Source: Frankiaceae bacterium (GTDB taxonomy: Bacteria > Actinomycetota > Actinomycetes > JADGOV01). Taken from it: a stretch of DNA of 64,000 bases. Both the position numbers and the translations under genes were made by a program. Of the stretch, positions 52,449-64,000 are shown in pieces. The notes under the pieces were generated by a model, which worked only from the letters and a program-made list of their open reading frames with translations, was not told where the DNA came from and did no database searches. Numbering within the stretch: position 1 is the stretch's first letter; each line of letters begins with the position of its first letter. The stretch covers positions 481 to 64,480 of the forward strand of contig JADGOV010000001.1 of assembly GCA_017882785.1 (NCBI GenBank), in the 5' to 3' direction.

Positions 52449-53764
52449 ACCAGCTCATCTCCACCTCGCCGTTGTCCCTGCCGTCCCGCGCACCGGTGGC
52501 GGCCACCGAGGCGACGGTCTCGACCTTCGGCCATGATCCGTGGTGGCTGATCCTCGGCAAGGTCGTCGCCGTGTTCGTGTTCCTGGTCCTGATCACGCTG
52601 TTCCTGATCTGGGCCGAGCGTCGGATCGTGGCCCGTATGCAGCAGCGGCTCGGGCCGAACCGGACCGGCCCCTTCGGCCTGGGCCAGGGCCTCGCCGACG
52701 GCATCAAGCTGGCGCTGAAGGAAGAGATCATTCCGGCGATGGCGGACAAGCCGGTCTACTTCATCGCGCCGATCGTCGCGACGATCCCGGCCTTCCTGGC
52801 CTTCGCCGTGATCCCGGTCGGTGGGGTTGTGTCGATCTTCGGGCACGTCACGGCACTGCAGGTCACCGACCTTCCAGTGGCCGTGTTGTTCATCCTCGCC
52901 TGCTCGTCCTTCGGGGTGTATGGCATCGTGCTCGGCGGTTGGGCGAGCGGTTCCACGTATCCCCTGCTGGGCGCGCTGCGCTCGGCCGCGCAGGTCATCT
53001 CCTACGAGGTCAGTCTCGCGCTCGCGCTGGTACCGATCTTCCTCTACGCCGGCTCGCTGTCCACCTCGGAGATCGTCGCGGCACAGAACCGGTTCTGGTT
53101 CGTCTTCCTCGTGCCGTCGTTCGTGATCTACATGGTGTCCGCGGTGGGGGAGACCAACCGCGCGCCGTTCGACCTGCCCGAGGCGGAGGGGGAACTCGTC
53201 GGCGGTTTCCACACCGAGTACTCCTCGCTGAAGTTCGCGTTGTTCTTCCTCGCGGAGTACATCAACATGACCACGGTCTCCGCGGTGGCCACCACCCTGT
53301 TCCTCGGCGGGTGGCACGCGCCTTTCCTGCTCAGCCGGGTGCCGGTGCTCAACTCCGGCTGGTTCGGGCTGGTGTGGTTCACCCTCAAGCTGCTCACGGT
53401 GCTGTTCGGCTTCATCTGGCTCCGGGGGACCTTGCCCCGGCTGCGGTATGACCAGTTCATGCGGCTCGGGTGGAAGCTGCTCATCCCGGCCAGCCTGGTC
53501 TGGCTGCTGCTCGTGGCCGCCATGCGCACCCTGGTCGTGGAGGACGTCAACCTGCGGCGCAACCTCGTTCCCGTCGGCATCGTCTTCGTCGTCCTGCTGC
53601 TGCTCGTGTCCTTCTGGCCGTCGTCGAAGAAGCCCGACCGGGACGGGGAGGGCGAGGACGGGCATCCCGAGATCGCGGTGGGGAACCGGGCGTTCCCGGT
53701 GCCGGTGCTGCCCGGTGAGCAGACCGACCCCACGCTGGCACCGAGAGAGGTCACCCGTGCTTGA
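52445..53764 (+). CDS. nuoH: NADH-quinone oxidoreductase subunit H
   Basis: ND1-like membrane subunit ('[15 protein letters not shown]'). Confidence 0.9.
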   Translation: MNQLISTSPLSLPSRAPVAATEATVSTFGHDPWWLILGKVVAVFVFLVLITLFLIWAERRIVARMQQRLGPNRTGPFGLGQGLADGIKLALKEEIIPAMADKPVYFIAPIVATIPAFLAFAVIPVGGVVSIFGHVTALQVTDLPVAVLFILACSSFGVYGIVLGGWASGSTYPLLGALRSAAQVISYEVSLALALVPIFLYAGSLSTSEIVAAQNRFWFVFLVPSFVIYMVSAVGETNRAPFDLPEAEGELVGGFHTEYSSLKFALFFLAEYINMTTVSAVATTLFLGGWHAPFLLSRVPVLNSGWFGLVWFTLKLLTVLFGFIWLRGTLPRLRYDQFMRLGWKLLIPASLVWLLLVAAMRTLVVEDVNLRRNLVPVGIVFVVLLLLVSFWPSSKKPDRDGEGEDGHPEIAVGNRAFPVPVLPGEQTDPTLAPREVTRA

Positions 53765-54320
53765 CGCGCTGAAGGGCTTCGGGCTGACCTTCCGGAGCCA
53801 GTTCCGCAAGGTCACCACCGAGCTCTACCCGGAAGACACCAAGGTGACGGCCCCGCGCTACCACGGTCGCCACCAGCTCAACCGTTATCCGGACGGGCTG
53901 GAGAAGTGCATCGGCTGTGAACTGTGCGCCTGGGCGTGCCCGGCCGACGCCATCTACGTCGAAGGCGCCGACAACACCGAGCAGGAGCGGTATTCCCCGG
54001 GGGAACGCTACGGGCGCATCTACCAGATCAACTATCTGCGCTGCATCGGCTGCGGTCTGTGCATCGAGGCGTGCCCCACCCGCGCGTTGACCATGACCAA
54101 CGAGTACGAGCTCGCCGACGACAGCCGACAGGATCTGATCTTCACGAAGGAGCAGTTGGTCGCACCGCTGACGGCGGACATGGAAGCCCCGCCGCACCCG
54201 ATGCGGCTCGGTGAGACCGACCAGGACTACTACACGCTCGAGTACACGCTCGAGAACACGCTCGGGGACCCTGCTGAGGCCCAGGGAAGCGGTCCCACGA
54301 GCGGTGAGGCACACCCGTGA
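53756..54320 (+). CDS. nuoI: NADH-quinone oxidoreductase subunit I
   Basis: Two 4Fe-4S ferredoxin motifs ('[12 protein letters not shown]', '[12 protein letters not shown]'). GTG start just before the nuoH stop. Confidence 0.9.
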
Positions 54321-55111
54321 GCGGGCTCGCGCACCTGGGCACCGCCTCCTACGCGCTGCAGCAGACGACCAAGGGCGAAGCGGTGATCTTCTGGCTGCTC
54401 GCGCCGATCGCCGTACTCGCCGCGATGGCCATGGTGCTGTCCCGGCGAGCGGTGCACTCGGCGTTGCTGCTGGCGGTCGTGATGCTCTGCCTGGCCACCT
54501 TCTACGCCGCCCAGGACGCGCCATTCCTGGCCTTCGTCCAGGTCATCGTCTACACCGGCGCCATCATGATGCTCTTCCTCTTCGTGCTCATGCTCGTCGG
54601 AGTGAGTTCCGCCGACTCTCTCGTCGAGACGTTACGGGGGCAACGGGCGGCGGCCATCCTCGGCGGCCTCGGCTTCGCCGTGCTGCTCATCGCCTTGATC
54701 GGCTCCGCGGTGTCGTCGATGACGGTCCGCGGGCTGACCGCGGCCAACGCCGGCGGCAATGTCCAGGGCATCGCCCGGCTGCTGTTCACCCGGTATGTCT
54801 TCGCCTTCGAGGCGACCAGCGCGCTGCTCATCACCGCGGCCCTCGGTGCCATGGTGCTGACCCACAAGGAGCTGCTGGTCCCCAAGGCGACCCAACGGCA
54901 GCTTGCCGCCCGGCGATTCGCCGACGGGGACCCCAGTCCGCTGCCCGGTCCGGGGGTCTACGCCGATCACGACGCGGTGGACACCCCGGCCCTGCTGCCC
55001 GACGGGTCGGTCGCCCCCGGCAGTGTCGCCCCTGTGCTGGAGTCGATGAGCGCGGCTCGCTTCCCCCGACCGGACGTGCTCCCGCTGGCGGAGGGGGACC
55101 CGCAGCCGTGA
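54317..55111 (+). CDS. nuoJ: NADH-quinone oxidoreductase subunit J
   Basis: ND6-like membrane protein with a Pro/Gly-rich C-terminal extension. Confidence 0.85.
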   Translation: MSGLAHLGTASYALQQTTKGEAVIFWLLAPIAVLAAMAMVLSRRAVHSALLLAVVMLCLATFYAAQDAPFLAFVQVIVYTGAIMMLFLFVLMLVGVSSADSLVETLRGQRAAAILGGLGFAVLLIALIGSAVSSMTVRGLTAANAGGNVQGIARLLFTRYVFAFEATSALLITAALGAMVLTHKELLVPKATQRQLAARRFADGDPSPLPGPGVYADHDAVDTPALLPDGSVAPGSVAPVLESMSAARFPRPDVLPLAEGDPQP

Positions 55112-55407
55112 GCCCGGCGTACTACCTCTACCTCTCCGCGATCCTGTTCACCGTCGGGGCGGCGGGCTTCCTCCTGCGGCGCAACGCGGTCGTGGTCTTC
55201 ATGTGCGTGGAGTTGATGCTCAACGCGGTCAACCTCACCCTGGTCACCTTCGCCCGGATAAACGGCACGCTCGACGGCCAGATCATCGCGTTCTTCGTGA
55301 TGGTCGTGGCCGCCGCCGAGGTGGTCGTCGGATTGGCGATCATCGTAACGATCTTCCGGACGCGGCAGTCGGCATCTGTCGATGACGTGAACCTGCTCAA
55401 GTACTAG
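55108..55407 (+). CDS. nuoK: NADH-quinone oxidoreductase subunit K
   Basis: 99 aa, 3 TM helices ('[20 protein letters not shown]'). GTG overlaps the nuoJ stop. Confidence 0.9.
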   Translation: MSPAYYLYLSAILFTVGAAGFLLRRNAVVVFMCVELMLNAVNLTLVTFARINGTLDGQIIAFFVMVVAAAEVVVGLAIIVTIFRTRQSASVDDVNLLKY

Positions 55408-55483
55408 TCATGCGAGGATTCGTGCTGCCCGGACCAGTCCCTGTGACGCTGGCCGGATTCGCGTACGCGAGAAGGGCCGGGTC

Positions 55484-57445
55484 GTGTCTGTGACCGCGTC
55501 GTCAGCGTTGCTGGTGCAGGGTGCCGGGCCGCAGTACGTCAACGCCACCGGCCTGTTCACGCTCAGCTGGGTGTTGATCGCGCTGCCGCTGCTCAGTGCC
55601 GCGGTGCTGCTGTTGACCGGCCGCCGGGCCAACGCATGGGGGCATCTGCTCGGCTGCGCCAGCGTGCTCTGCTCCTTCGTCCTCGGGCTGGCGATGTTGT
55701 TCGCCATGCTGGGCCGGAGCGGCCCGGATCGCCTCATCGACCAGCACCTGTTCTCCTGGATTCCGGCCGGGTCATTCCAGGTCGAGGCCGGCCTGCTGCT
55801 GGACCCGCTGTCGATGACGTTCGTGCTGCTCATCACGGGCGTCGGTGGGATGATCCACATCTATTCCATCGGCTACATGGCCCACGACCCCGAACGCCGG
55901 CGCTTCTTCGGTGAGCTCAACCTCTTCGTCGCCGCCATGCTGTTGCTGGTGCTGGGCGACAGCTTCCTGACCCTTTACGTCGGGTGGGAGGGTGTCGGCC
56001 TGGCCTCCTACCTGCTGATCGGCTTCTGGAGCTACAAGCCGACGGCGGCCACCGCGGCCAAGAAGGCATTCCTCGTCAACCGGGTCGGCGACGTCGGCCT
56101 CTCCCTTGCGATCATGCTGATGTTCGCCACGTTCGGCACCACGTCGTTCGCCGGGGTCTTCTCCGGTGCGGATCGGATGATGGCCGCCACGGCGACCGGC
56201 ATCGGTCTGTTGCTGCTGCTCGGCGCCTGTGGCAAGTCGGCGCAGTTTCCGCTGCAGAGCTGGCTCCTGGACGCCATGGAGGGCCCCACTCCGGTGTCCG
56301 CGCTCATCCACGCGGCAACGATGGTCACCGCCGGCGTCTACCTCATCGCCCGCTCCAACCCGATCTTCGACGTCAGCCCGAACGCCAGGCTGGGCGTCAC
56401 CATCGTCGGTGCCGTGACGCTGCTGTTCGGTGCGACCATCGGTTGCGCCTACGACGACATCAAGAAGGTCCTCGCATCCTCGACGATGAGCCAGGTCGGC
56501 TACATGATCCTCGCCGTCGGCATCGGGCCCGGGGTGTACGCGCTGGGCATCGTTCAGCTGGTCTGCCACGGCTTCTTCAAGGCCACGATGTTCCTCGGCG
56601 CCGGCTCGGTGATGCACGCCACGAAGGACAACGTCAACATGCGGCACTACGGCGGGCTGCGCCGTCTCATGCCGATCACGTTCCTGACCTTCACCGCCGG
56701 CTACCTGGCGATCATCGGGTTCCCGTTCTTCTCCGGGTTCTACTCGAAGGACAAGATCATCGAGGCCGCTTTCGACAAGGGCGGCACATCAGGTCTCGTC
56801 CTCGGCTCGGCCGCCCTGCTGGGCGCCGGCGTCACCGCCTACTACATGACCCGGCTGATGGCCATGACCTTCTTCGGCCGGCCACGCTGGGAAGAGGGCG
56901 TCACTCCGAACGAGTCACCCCGGTCGATGACGATGCCGATGATCGTGTTGGGTATCGGGGCGGTCTTCGCCGGTGCCCTGCTCACCTTCGTCGGTGACGG
57001 GCTGGCGGGCTTCCTGACCCCCTCCCTCGGCCCGGCGGAGAAGGGGAGCCCGCCCGTCATCTCCGCGTCGGGGCAGACCCTGCTCATCCTGGCGGTCGCG
57101 ACGGTCGGCGCGGTCATCGCCTACCTCCAGTTCGGCAGGCGCTCGGTTCCGGACACCGCCCGACAGGACGTGCCGGTGGTGGTCACCGCGGCCCGGCAGG
57201 CCCTCTACGGCGACGCGGTCAACGAGGCCGTCTTCATGCGGCCAGGTCAGTACACGACCAGGGCGTTGGTGTTCTTCGACAACTTCGGTGTGGACGGCGC
57301 GGTCCGCGGGCTGGCCGCCCTGGTCGGTGGGTCGAGCGGTCGGCTGCGCCGGGTCCAGACCGGCTTCGTCCGCTCCTATGCCCTGCTCATGTTCGGAGGT
57401 GCCGCTCTCGTGGTCATCGGCCTGACGCTGGCTTATGCGATATGA
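55484..57445 (+). CDS. nuoL: NADH-quinone oxidoreductase subunit L
   Basis: ND5-like antiporter subunit of 653 aa. Confidence 0.9.
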   Translation: MSVTASSALLVQGAGPQYVNATGLFTLSWVLIALPLLSAAVLLLTGRRANAWGHLLGCASVLCSFVLGLAMLFAMLGRSGPDRLIDQHLFSWIPAGSFQVEAGLLLDPLSMTFVLLITGVGGMIHIYSIGYMAHDPERRRFFGELNLFVAAMLLLVLGDSFLTLYVGWEGVGLASYLLIGFWSYKPTAATAAKKAFLVNRVGDVGLSLAIMLMFATFGTTSFAGVFSGADRMMAATATGIGLLLLLGACGKSAQFPLQSWLLDAMEGPTPVSALIHAATMVTAGVYLIARSNPIFDVSPNARLGVTIVGAVTLLFGATIGCAYDDIKKVLASSTMSQVGYMILAVGIGPGVYALGIVQLVCHGFFKATMFLGAGSVMHATKDNVNMRHYGGLRRLMPITFLTFTAGYLAIIGFPFFSGFYSKDKIIEAAFDKGGTSGLVLGSAALLGAGVTAYYMTRLMAMTFFGRPRWEEGVTPNESPRSMTMPMIVLGIGAVFAGALLTFVGDGLAGFLTPSLGPAEKGSPPVISASGQTLLILAVATVGAVIAYLQFGRRSVPDTARQDVPVVVTAARQALYGDAVNEAVFMRPGQYTTRALVFFDNFGVDGAVRGLAALVGGSSGRLRRVQTGFVRSYALLMFGGAALVVIGLTLAYAI

Positions 57446-58989
57446 GCGACTTCCCTTGGCTCACCGTGATCGGTGTCGTGCCGCTGGTCGGTGCGCTGGT
57501 GATCCTCGGCCTGCCGACCCGGCTGGCCAAGCCGCTCGCACTGGCCGTCTCGATGGTCACGCTCGTTCTCACGATCGCGATGTGCGCCGCCTTCGACGTC
57601 GGTGGCCCCCGCTTCCAGTTCAGCCAGACCTACACCTGGATCCCGCAGTTCGGGGTGCACTACGCGGTCGGCGTGGACGGTATCGCCCTCTCCTTGGTCG
57701 CCTTGACGGCGGTACTCGTGCCCGTGGTGATCCTGGCCAGTTGGCACGACGCGGATGCCCCGACCCGGACCGCGCGGCACAACGCGAAGACGTTTCTCGC
57801 CCTCGTCCTCGTCCTCGAGACGATGTTGATCGGGGTCTTCGCCGCCACCGACGTCTTCCTGTTCTACGTCTTCTTCGAGGCCATGCTGCTCCCGATGTAC
57901 TTCCTCATCGGGTCCTACGGCGTGTCCGGGGACCAGGTCAAGCGGTCCTACGCGGCGGTGAAGTTCTTCCTCTACAGCCTGGTCGGCGGGTTGCTCATGC
58001 TGGCCGCCGTCGTCGGGTTGTACGTGGTCGGCGGCAAGACCTTCCTGTTCAGCGATCTGGTGGGCCACGTCGATACCACTCGTCCCGTCGAGGCCTTCCT
58101 GTTCCTCGGCTTCTTCATCGCCTTCGCCATCAAGGCGCCGCTCTGGCCGTTCCACACCTGGCTGCCCGACGCCGCCGCGGAGGCCCCGATCGGGGCCGCG
58201 GTGCTGCTGGTCGGCGTGCTCGACAAGGTGGGCACGTTCGGCCTCTTGCGGTACTGCCTGCCGCTGTTCCCGCACGCGTCGAGGACCTTCGGCCCCTACG
58301 TCCTCGTCCTGTGTGTGATCAGCATCCTGTACGGCGCACTCGTGGCCGTCGGGCAGACCGATCTCAAGCGTTTGGTGGCCTACACCTCGGTTGCGCACTT
58401 CGGGTTCATCGCGCTCGGCATCTTCGCCTTCACCAGCTACGGCCAGTCCGGCGCCACGCTGTATATGGTCAACCACGGTTTCTCCACGGGGGCGCTGTTC
58501 CTCATCGTCGGGTTCCTCATCAGTCGTCGCGGCAGCCGACTGATCGGTGACTTCGGCGGCGTTCAGCGGGTTGCGCCCTGGTTGGCCGGCACGTTCCTCA
58601 TGGCCGGCCTGTCCGGCCTCGCCCTGCCGGGGCTGTCCACGTTCGTCAGCGAGTTCCTCGTGCTGGTCGGCACCTTCACCCGCTACCGCACGTTCGCCGT
58701 GCTGGCCACCCTCGGCATCGTGCTGGCCGCGCTCTACATCCTGGTCATGTACCAACGCACCATGACCGGTCCCGCCCAGCCTGCCGTCAAGGACTTCCCC
58801 GACCTGTCGAGCCGCGAGTCCTGGGTGATCGCACCCATGCTCGCCTTGATCCTCGCGCTGGGGGTCTATCCGAAGCCCCTTTTGGACGTGATCAACCCGG
58901 CGGTGCAGGCGACCATGCAGGATGTCTCCCGCACCGATCCGCCACCCTCGGTTCCGGTTTCCGTCACGTCGTCGAAGGGGCGGCCATGA
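57442..58989 (+). CDS. nuoM: NADH-quinone oxidoreductase subunit M
   Basis: ND4-like antiporter subunit of 515 aa. Confidence 0.9.
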   Translation: MSDFPWLTVIGVVPLVGALVILGLPTRLAKPLALAVSMVTLVLTIAMCAAFDVGGPRFQFSQTYTWIPQFGVHYAVGVDGIALSLVALTAVLVPVVILASWHDADAPTRTARHNAKTFLALVLVLETMLIGVFAATDVFLFYVFFEAMLLPMYFLIGSYGVSGDQVKRSYAAVKFFLYSLVGGLLMLAAVVGLYVVGGKTFLFSDLVGHVDTTRPVEAFLFLGFFIAFAIKAPLWPFHTWLPDAAAEAPIGAAVLLVGVLDKVGTFGLLRYCLPLFPHASRTFGPYVLVLCVISILYGALVAVGQTDLKRLVAYTSVAHFGFIALGIFAFTSYGQSGATLYMVNHGFSTGALFLIVGFLISRRGSRLIGDFGGVQRVAPWLAGTFLMAGLSGLALPGLSTFVSEFLVLVGTFTRYRTFAVLATLGIVLAALYILVMYQRTMTGPAQPAVKDFPDLSSRESWVIAPMLALILALGVYPKPLLDVINPAVQATMQDVSRTDPPPSVPVSVTSSKGRP

Positions 58990-60551
58990 GCACCGCACAA
59001 TCGCTGCCCGCGCTCGCCGCCGACTTCCCCGCCCCCCAGATCGCCTATTCGGCGCTCTCGCCGATGGTGGCCGTCTTCGGCGCAGCGCTCATCGGGGTGC
59101 TGGTCGAGGCCTTCGCTCCCCGTCGTGCCCGAGCCGGACTGCAACTGGCTGTGGCCCTGCTCGGCCTGCTCGGTGGACTCCTCGCGGTCGGGCTGCTCGC
59201 CGGTACGCGGGAGGTCACCGCCGTCGGGGCCGTGGCCGTCGACGGGCCGGCGCTGTTCGTGCAGGGCACCGTCCTCGCCCTCGGCGTCGCCGCCATGTTG
59301 CTGCTCGCCGAGAGGTCCCTGGAATCCGGTGGCGGGGCCATCGTCGCGCAGGCCGCAACCGTGCCCGGGTCCGCCGACGAGCGGGCACTGGTCGGCACCG
59401 ACCACCTGCAGACCGAGGTGTTCCCGCTGGCGATGCTGGCCATCGGCGGGATGCTGTTGTTTCCGGCGTCCAACGACCTGCTGCTGATGTTCGTCGCGCT
59501 GGAGGTGCTGTCGCTGCCGCTGTACCTCATGTGTGGACTGGCCCGGCGGCGTCGGCTGCTCTCGCAGGAGGCGGCGGTCAAGTACTTCCTGCTCGGCGCC
59601 TTCTCCTCGGCGTTCTTTCTCTACGGGCTGGCGCTGCTCTACGGCTACGCGGGCACGGTGAGCCTGCCCGGGATCGCAGCCGCCACCCAGGTGACCGCGT
59701 CCAACGACGGACTGCTCTACACCGGGCTGGGACTGCTCACCGTCGGGCTGCTGTTCAAGATCAGCGCGGTGCCCTTCCACTCCTGGACACCGGATGTCTA
59801 CCAGGGCGCGCCGACCCCGGTCACCGCGCTGATGGCGACTGGAACGAAGGTGGCAGCCTTCGGCGCGCTGCTGCGGGTGTACTACGTGGCGTTCGGCGCC
59901 ATCCGGTGGGACTGGCGACCCCTGCTGTGGGTCATCGCCATCGCGACCATGGCGGTCGGTGCCTTGTTGGCGATCACTCAGCGTGATGTCAAGCGCATGC
60001 TTGCCTACTCCTCGGTGGCGCACGCGGGCTTCATCCTCACCGGCGTCGTGGCCGCCACCCGGGCTGGGCTGGCCGGCTCGTTGTTCTATCTGCTGGCCTA
60101 CGGCTTCACCACCCTCGCCGCGTTCGGCATCCTCACCCTCGTCCGCGACGCGGACGGCGAGGCCACCGACCTGTCCAGTTGGGCGGGGCTCGGCCGGCGA
60201 TCGCCGATGGTGGCCGGCGCCTTCGCGATCCTGCTGCTCGCGCTCGCCGGCATCCCGCTGACCAGCGGTTTCACCGGCAAGTTCGCGGTCTTCTCCGCCG
60301 CGGCCGACGCCGGGGCTGCGGGGCTGGTCGTGGTCGCGGTGGTCTGCAGCGCGATCGCGGCCTTCTTCTATGTCCGGGTCATCGTGTTGATGTTCTTCAA
60401 CGAGCCGGCGGCGGACGGTCCGACCGTGGCCATCCCCGGGGCCTTCACCTCCGCGGCTTTGGCCCTCGGTGTGGCGGTTACTGTGGTCCTAGGCGTGTTT
60501 CCATCGCCGCTGCTCAAGCTGGCCGATCAAGCGGCGTTGTTCATCCGCTAG
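58986..60551 (+). CDS. nuoN: NADH-quinone oxidoreductase subunit N
   Basis: ND2-like antiporter subunit of 521 aa. Confidence 0.9.
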   Translation: MSTAQSLPALAADFPAPQIAYSALSPMVAVFGAALIGVLVEAFAPRRARAGLQLAVALLGLLGGLLAVGLLAGTREVTAVGAVAVDGPALFVQGTVLALGVAAMLLLAERSLESGGGAIVAQAATVPGSADERALVGTDHLQTEVFPLAMLAIGGMLLFPASNDLLLMFVALEVLSLPLYLMCGLARRRRLLSQEAAVKYFLLGAFSSAFFLYGLALLYGYAGTVSLPGIAAATQVTASNDGLLYTGLGLLTVGLLFKISAVPFHSWTPDVYQGAPTPVTALMATGTKVAAFGALLRVYYVAFGAIRWDWRPLLWVIAIATMAVGALLAITQRDVKRMLAYSSVAHAGFILTGVVAATRAGLAGSLFYLLAYGFTTLAAFGILTLVRDADGEATDLSSWAGLGRRSPMVAGAFAILLLALAGIPLTSGFTGKFAVFSAAADAGAAGLVVVAVVCSAIAAFFYVRVIVLMFFNEPAADGPTVAIPGAFTSAALALGVAVTVVLGVFPSPLLKLADQAALFIR

Positions 60552-60634
60552 ACCGACCGGCAAGGCGCCCACAGGGCCGCAGCCCGCCAGACCGGCCGGT
60601 GCCTCACCGGTGCGAGACCGAGGGGAGCTCGACG

Positions 60635-61621
60635 GTGACCGCACCGGTGCTCGCGCGCACCTTTCCCTCACCCGCCCTCGAGGCCGAGGTGGCCGGCGGC
60701 CTCGTGGCCGTTGAGGCGCTGCTGCGCTCATCGGTGAAGAGCGACTACGCCTTCGTCACAGAGACATCCCGCCACCTGGTGGAAGCTGGCGGCAAACGGT
60801 TCCGGCCACTTCTGGTCCTGCTGGCCGCGCACCTGGCGGATCCGGCCGCCCCCGGCGTTGTGCCGGCGGCGGTCGTGGTCGAACTCACCCACTTGGCGAC
60901 CCTTTACCACGACGACGTGATGGACGAGGCGGAACTGCGCCGCGGTGCGGTGTCGGCGAACAGCCGCTGGGGGAACACCATCGCGATCCTCACCGGTGAC
61001 TTCCTGTTCGCCAAGGCCTCGGACATCTTGGCCGATCTCGGGCCCGAGTGCGTGCGGATTCAGGCCCGGACCTTCGAGCGGCTGGTCTCCGGCCAGATTC
61101 GGGAGACCACCGGTCCGGACGTCGGCACCGACCCCATCGAGCACTACCTACGGGTGCTCAGCGATAAGACCGGTTCGCTCATCGGCACATCCTGCCGGTT
61201 CGGCGCCATGCTCTCCGGTGCGGACGAGGCGACCGTGGAGATCCTCACTCGCTACGGCGAGCGCTTCGGGGTCGCCTTCCAGCTCTCCGACGACCTGCTC
61301 GACGTGGCCAGCACCTCCGCGGAGTCCGGCAAGACGCCCGGCACCGATCTCCGCGAGGGAGTCCGCACACTCCCCGTGCTCTACGCGCTGCGGGACGGTG
61401 ACGCCGCCCTCCGGGACGCGCTGGATGCCGATCTTGTCGACGACGTGGCGGTGGCGCATGCGCTCGGCCTGCTCCGCGGCTCCGGTGCTATGCGGGATGC
61501 CCGCGCAGTGATGGAGCACTGGGCCAACGACGCCCGACAGACGCTGCATCCGCTCCCGCCGTCCGCTGCCAAGGACGCCCTCGAGGCGCTCTGCGACTAC
61601 GTCATGGCCCGTACCGGCTGA
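60635..61621 (+). CDS. Polyprenyl diphosphate synthase (menaquinone side chain; GrcC1/HepT-like)
   Basis: First and second Asp-rich motifs ('LYHDDVMDEA', 'FQLSDDLLD'). Placed immediately after nuoN, as in many actinobacteria. Confidence 0.85.
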   Translation: MTAPVLARTFPSPALEAEVAGGLVAVEALLRSSVKSDYAFVTETSRHLVEAGGKRFRPLLVLLAAHLADPAAPGVVPAAVVVELTHLATLYHDDVMDEAELRRGAVSANSRWGNTIAILTGDFLFAKASDILADLGPECVRIQARTFERLVSGQIRETTGPDVGTDPIEHYLRVLSDKTGSLIGTSCRFGAMLSGADEATVEILTRYGERFGVAFQLSDDLLDVASTSAESGKTPGTDLREGVRTLPVLYALRDGDAALRDALDADLVDDVAVAHALGLLRGSGAMRDARAVMEHWANDARQTLHPLPPSAAKDALEALCDYVMARTG

Positions 61622-61659
61622 CTTCGTCACTCCCGGCGAGCGCCAGCCGGCCAGCGTTG

Positions 61660-62781
61660 TCAGCTGATCTGCCAGGTGTCCCCGGCCCGGAGCAGCTCGC
61701 CGAGGTCGGCCGGACTCCCTGTTGATGTCGCCAGGTCGACCTGGTGCTGCATGAGGTCGTCGTACGTGGGGCGCGACACGGCACGGAAGATCCCCACCGG
61801 TGTCGGCTGGGCAAGCCGGGAAACCGCGAAAGCGGTGCTCGGGTCGAGCAGCGCCGGGTCGTGGGTCAACACCGCCGGATCATCGGCCGCGCACACCTCG
61901 ACCCCGCCGTCAGTCCCGCGCCGGACGCCTCTGCTCGTGGTTGGGCTAGCGCCCGCCCCCGACGTCGTGCGGCTGCCCTTGACGGTGCTGGTCCCGAAGA
62001 TCATGGGTGATCCTGGCTCCAGCCGGAGTAGCGCCTGGTCCCGGGTGTCGGGGTCCTTGAGGACCTCGAACGCGCCGTCGTTGAAGATGTTGCAGTTCTG
62101 GTAGATCTCCACGAACGCGGTGCCGCGGTGCTCGGCGGCGGCGCGCAGCACAGCCGTCAGATGCTTGCGGTCGGAATCCAACGTCCGGGCGACAAATGTC
62201 GCTTCCGCGCCCAGCGCCAGCGACACCGGGTTGAACGGGTGGTCCAGCGACCCCACCGGCGTCGATTTGGTGATCTTGCCGAGTTCCGAGGTGGGCGAGT
62301 ACTGGCCCTTCGTCAGCCCGTAGATACGGTTGTTGAAGAGGAGGATCTTGAGGTTGACATTGCGCCGGAGGGCGTGGATGAGGTGGTTACCCCCGATCGA
62401 CAGCCCGTCGCCGTCCCCGGTGATCACCCAGACCGACAGGTCCGGGCGGGAGGCCGCGATGCCCGTGGCGATGGCCGGCGCGCGACCGTGGATGGAGTGC
62501 ATGCCGTAGGTGTTCATGTAGTACGGGAACCGCGAGGAGCACCCGATGCCGGAGACGAAGACCACGTTCTCCCGCCGCAGGCCCAGCTCCGGGAAGAACC
62601 CCTGAACAGCGGCCAGGACGGCGTAGTCCCCACAGCCCGGGCACCAGCGGACCTCCTGGTCGGTCTTGAAGTCCTTGGCGCTCTGCTTGTCGGCCGTGGT
62701 GGGCACCAGATCCAGCCCCTGACGGACGGGCCAGGACGAGCCGTTTGGCGGGCCCGAGCGCGGCGGAACGGTCTCAGACAC
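61660..62781 (-). CDS. korB: 2-oxoglutarate:ferredoxin oxidoreductase subunit beta (TPP-binding)
   Basis: 'WCPGCGDY' and the TPP motif 'GDGDGLSIGGNH'. 373 aa. Confidence 0.85.
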   Translation of the reverse strand: MSETVPPRSGPPNGSSWPVRQGLDLVPTTADKQSAKDFKTDQEVRWCPGCGDYAVLAAVQGFFPELGLRRENVVFVSGIGCSSRFPYYMNTYGMHSIHGRAPAIATGIAASRPDLSVWVITGDGDGLSIGGNHLIHALRRNVNLKILLFNNRIYGLTKGQYSPTSELGKITKSTPVGSLDHPFNPVSLALGAEATFVARTLDSDRKHLTAVLRAAAEHRGTAFVEIYQNCNIFNDGAFEVLKDPDTRDQALLRLEPGSPMIFGTSTVKGSRTTSGAGASPTTSRGVRRGTDGGVEVCAADDPAVLTHDPALLDPSTAFAVSRLAQPTPVGIFRAVSRPTYDDLMQHQVDLATSTGSPADLGELLRAGDTWQIS

Positions 62782-64000
62782 TGTCGATCACATCCGTTAT
62801 GACGCCGACCAGCTCACCTGACTTGAACGGCATGCCGCGGACCCGGTTGTAGGGGATGACGTCCACCAGGTAGCGCGCCCGGAGCAGGCTGGCCAGCTGA
62901 CCCAGGTTCATTTCCGGCAACAGCACCCGGTCGTAGGCGCCGAGCACGTCGCCGGTGTTTGTCGGGAAGGGGTTGAGATGACGCAGATGGGCCTGCGCCA
63001 CCGCACCGCCCGCATCGCGCACCTGCCGGCAGGCCGCCCCGATGGGGCCGTACGTCGAGCCCCAGCCCAGGACGAGCACCCGGGCCTCCCCCGAGGGGTC
63101 CTCCACGACCATCGCCGGGATCGAGCGGGCGATGCCGTCCACCTTCGCCTGGCGGAGGCGGACCATTGTGTCGTGATTGTCCGGGTCGTAGCTGATCGCA
63201 CCGGTACGGTCGGCCTTCTCCAGCCCGCCGATTCGGTGTTCCAGACCCGGCGTTCCTGGCCTCGCCCACGGGCGGGCCAGGTTGTCCGGGTCCCGGGCAT
63301 AGGGCAGGTATCCACTGCCGTCGCTGGGCACCGTGGCGAACGGTACGCGCAGGTCCGGCAGGGAGGCCACGTCCGGGATCCGCCAGGGTTCGGCGCCGTT
63401 GGCCAGGTAGCCGTCGGAGAGCAGGAACACCGGTGTCCGGTAGGTCAGCGCGATGCGGCACGCTTCGAGCGCCGCGTCGAAGCAGTCCGCCGGGGAGCGG
63501 GGGGCCACGATCGGCACCGGCGCCTCCCCGTTGCGGCCGTACATCGCCTGCAGCAGGTCGGCCTGCTCGGTCTTGGTCGGCAGCCCGGTGGAAGGGCCGC
63601 CGCGCTGGATGTCGCAGATCACCAGCGGCAACTCCAGCGAAACCGCCAGGCCCACGGTTTCACTCTTCAGCGCGACGCCGGGGCCGGAGGTCGTCGTGAC
63701 CGCGAGGGAGCCGCCGAAGGAGGCGCCGAGCGCGGCGCCGATCGCCGCTATCTCGTCCTCGGCCTGGAAGGCGCGCACCCCGAAGCGCTTGTGCTTGCTG
63801 AGCTCGTGCAGCACGTCGGAGGCGGGCGTGATCGGGTAGGCGCCGAGGAAGAGGGGCAACGCGGCCCGCTGCGAGGCGGCGATGAGTCCGTAGGCCAGCG
63901 CCAGGTTCCCGGAGATCTGCCGGTACGTGCCGGCCGGCATCGTCGCCGGCTTGACCTGGTAGGACACCGAGAACGACTCGGTGGTCTCACCGAAGGACCA
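62774..64000 (-). CDS. korA: 2-oxoglutarate:ferredoxin oxidoreductase subunit alpha (5' partial; continues beyond the window end)
   Basis: 'GNLALAYGLIAA...YPITPASDVLHE' domain I. The frame is open through to position 64000, so the N-terminal part (probably a gamma-like domain) lies outside the window. Overlaps korB by 8 nt. Confidence 0.85.
   Translation of the reverse strand, partial: WSFGETTESFSVSYQVKPATMPAGTYRQISGNLALAYGLIAASQRAALPLFLGAYPITPASDVLHELSKHKRFGVRAFQAEDEIAAIGAALGASFGGSLAVTTTSGPGVALKSETVGLAVSLELPLVICDIQRGGPSTGLPTKTEQADLLQAMYGRNGEAPVPIVAPRSPADCFDAALEACRIALTYRTPVFLLSDGYLANGAEPWRIPDVASLPDLRVPFATVPSDGSGYLPYARDPDNLARPWARPGTPGLEHRIGGLEKADRTGAISYDPDNHDTMVRLRQAKVDGIARSIPAMVVEDPSGEARVLVLGWGSTYGPIGAACRQVRDAGGAVAQAHLRHLNPFPTNTGDVLGAYDRVLLPEMNLGQLASLLRARYLVDVIPYNRVRGMPFKSGELVGVITDVIDSV

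Noticed and set aside
62774-64000. Apparently short (397-aa) KorA lacking an N-terminal domain
   Set aside because: The reading frame remains open up to the last base of the window, so the gene simply continues beyond the window. It is not a truncated or pseudogenised copy.

Overview
This high-GC (~70%) window looks like conserved core chromosome of an actinomycete-type bacterium. Almost the whole window is coding, and I found no transposases, integrases, CRISPR arrays, rRNA or tRNA genes. I also found no compelling undescribed system: the window reads as housekeeping, respiratory and transport genes. The best candidates for a second look are the repeat architecture ahead of the adhesin gene, a coding-like but unassignable segment beyond hypA, and some local oddities of the hydrogenase cluster.

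In order, the window contains:
- the 3' end of an A/V-type ATP synthase operon (subunits A, B and D; A is cut by the window start)
- an OmpR-type response regulator and histidine kinase pair
- an MFS transporter
- a csoR-copZ-copA copper-efflux operon with a recognisable CsoR operator
- a repeat-rich intergenic region followed by a large LPXTG-anchored surface protein with tandem SpaA/prealbumin-like domains
- a complete membrane-bound [NiFe] uptake hydrogenase locus in two divergent operons: hypA-hupD-hupC-hupL-hupS on the minus strand, and a hybE-like gene plus hypF-hypC-hypD-hypE on the plus strand
- alanine dehydrogenase with an APC-family amino-acid permease
- a secreted LamG-like protein placed divergently from a gamma-glutamyltransferase-family gene
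- an MFS transporter
- a multi-TM GGDEF-EAL c-di-GMP signalling protein behind an AT-rich, hairpin-bearing leader
- a four-gene carbohydrate ABC importer
- a CapA-family metallophosphoesterase
- a futalosine-pathway menaquinone block: mqnA, a radical-SAM MqnC/E-family gene, a small membrane protein, an amidohydrolase, menG/ubiE and a geranylgeranyl-reductase-family flavoprotein
- a complete nuoA-N operon followed by a polyprenyl-diphosphate synthase
- convergent korB and korA (2-oxoglutarate:ferredoxin oxidoreductase); korA runs off the window end

Many overlapping GTGA/ATGA start/stop junctions show that the ORF-track starts often needed re-phasing; the re-phased coordinates are given per feature.
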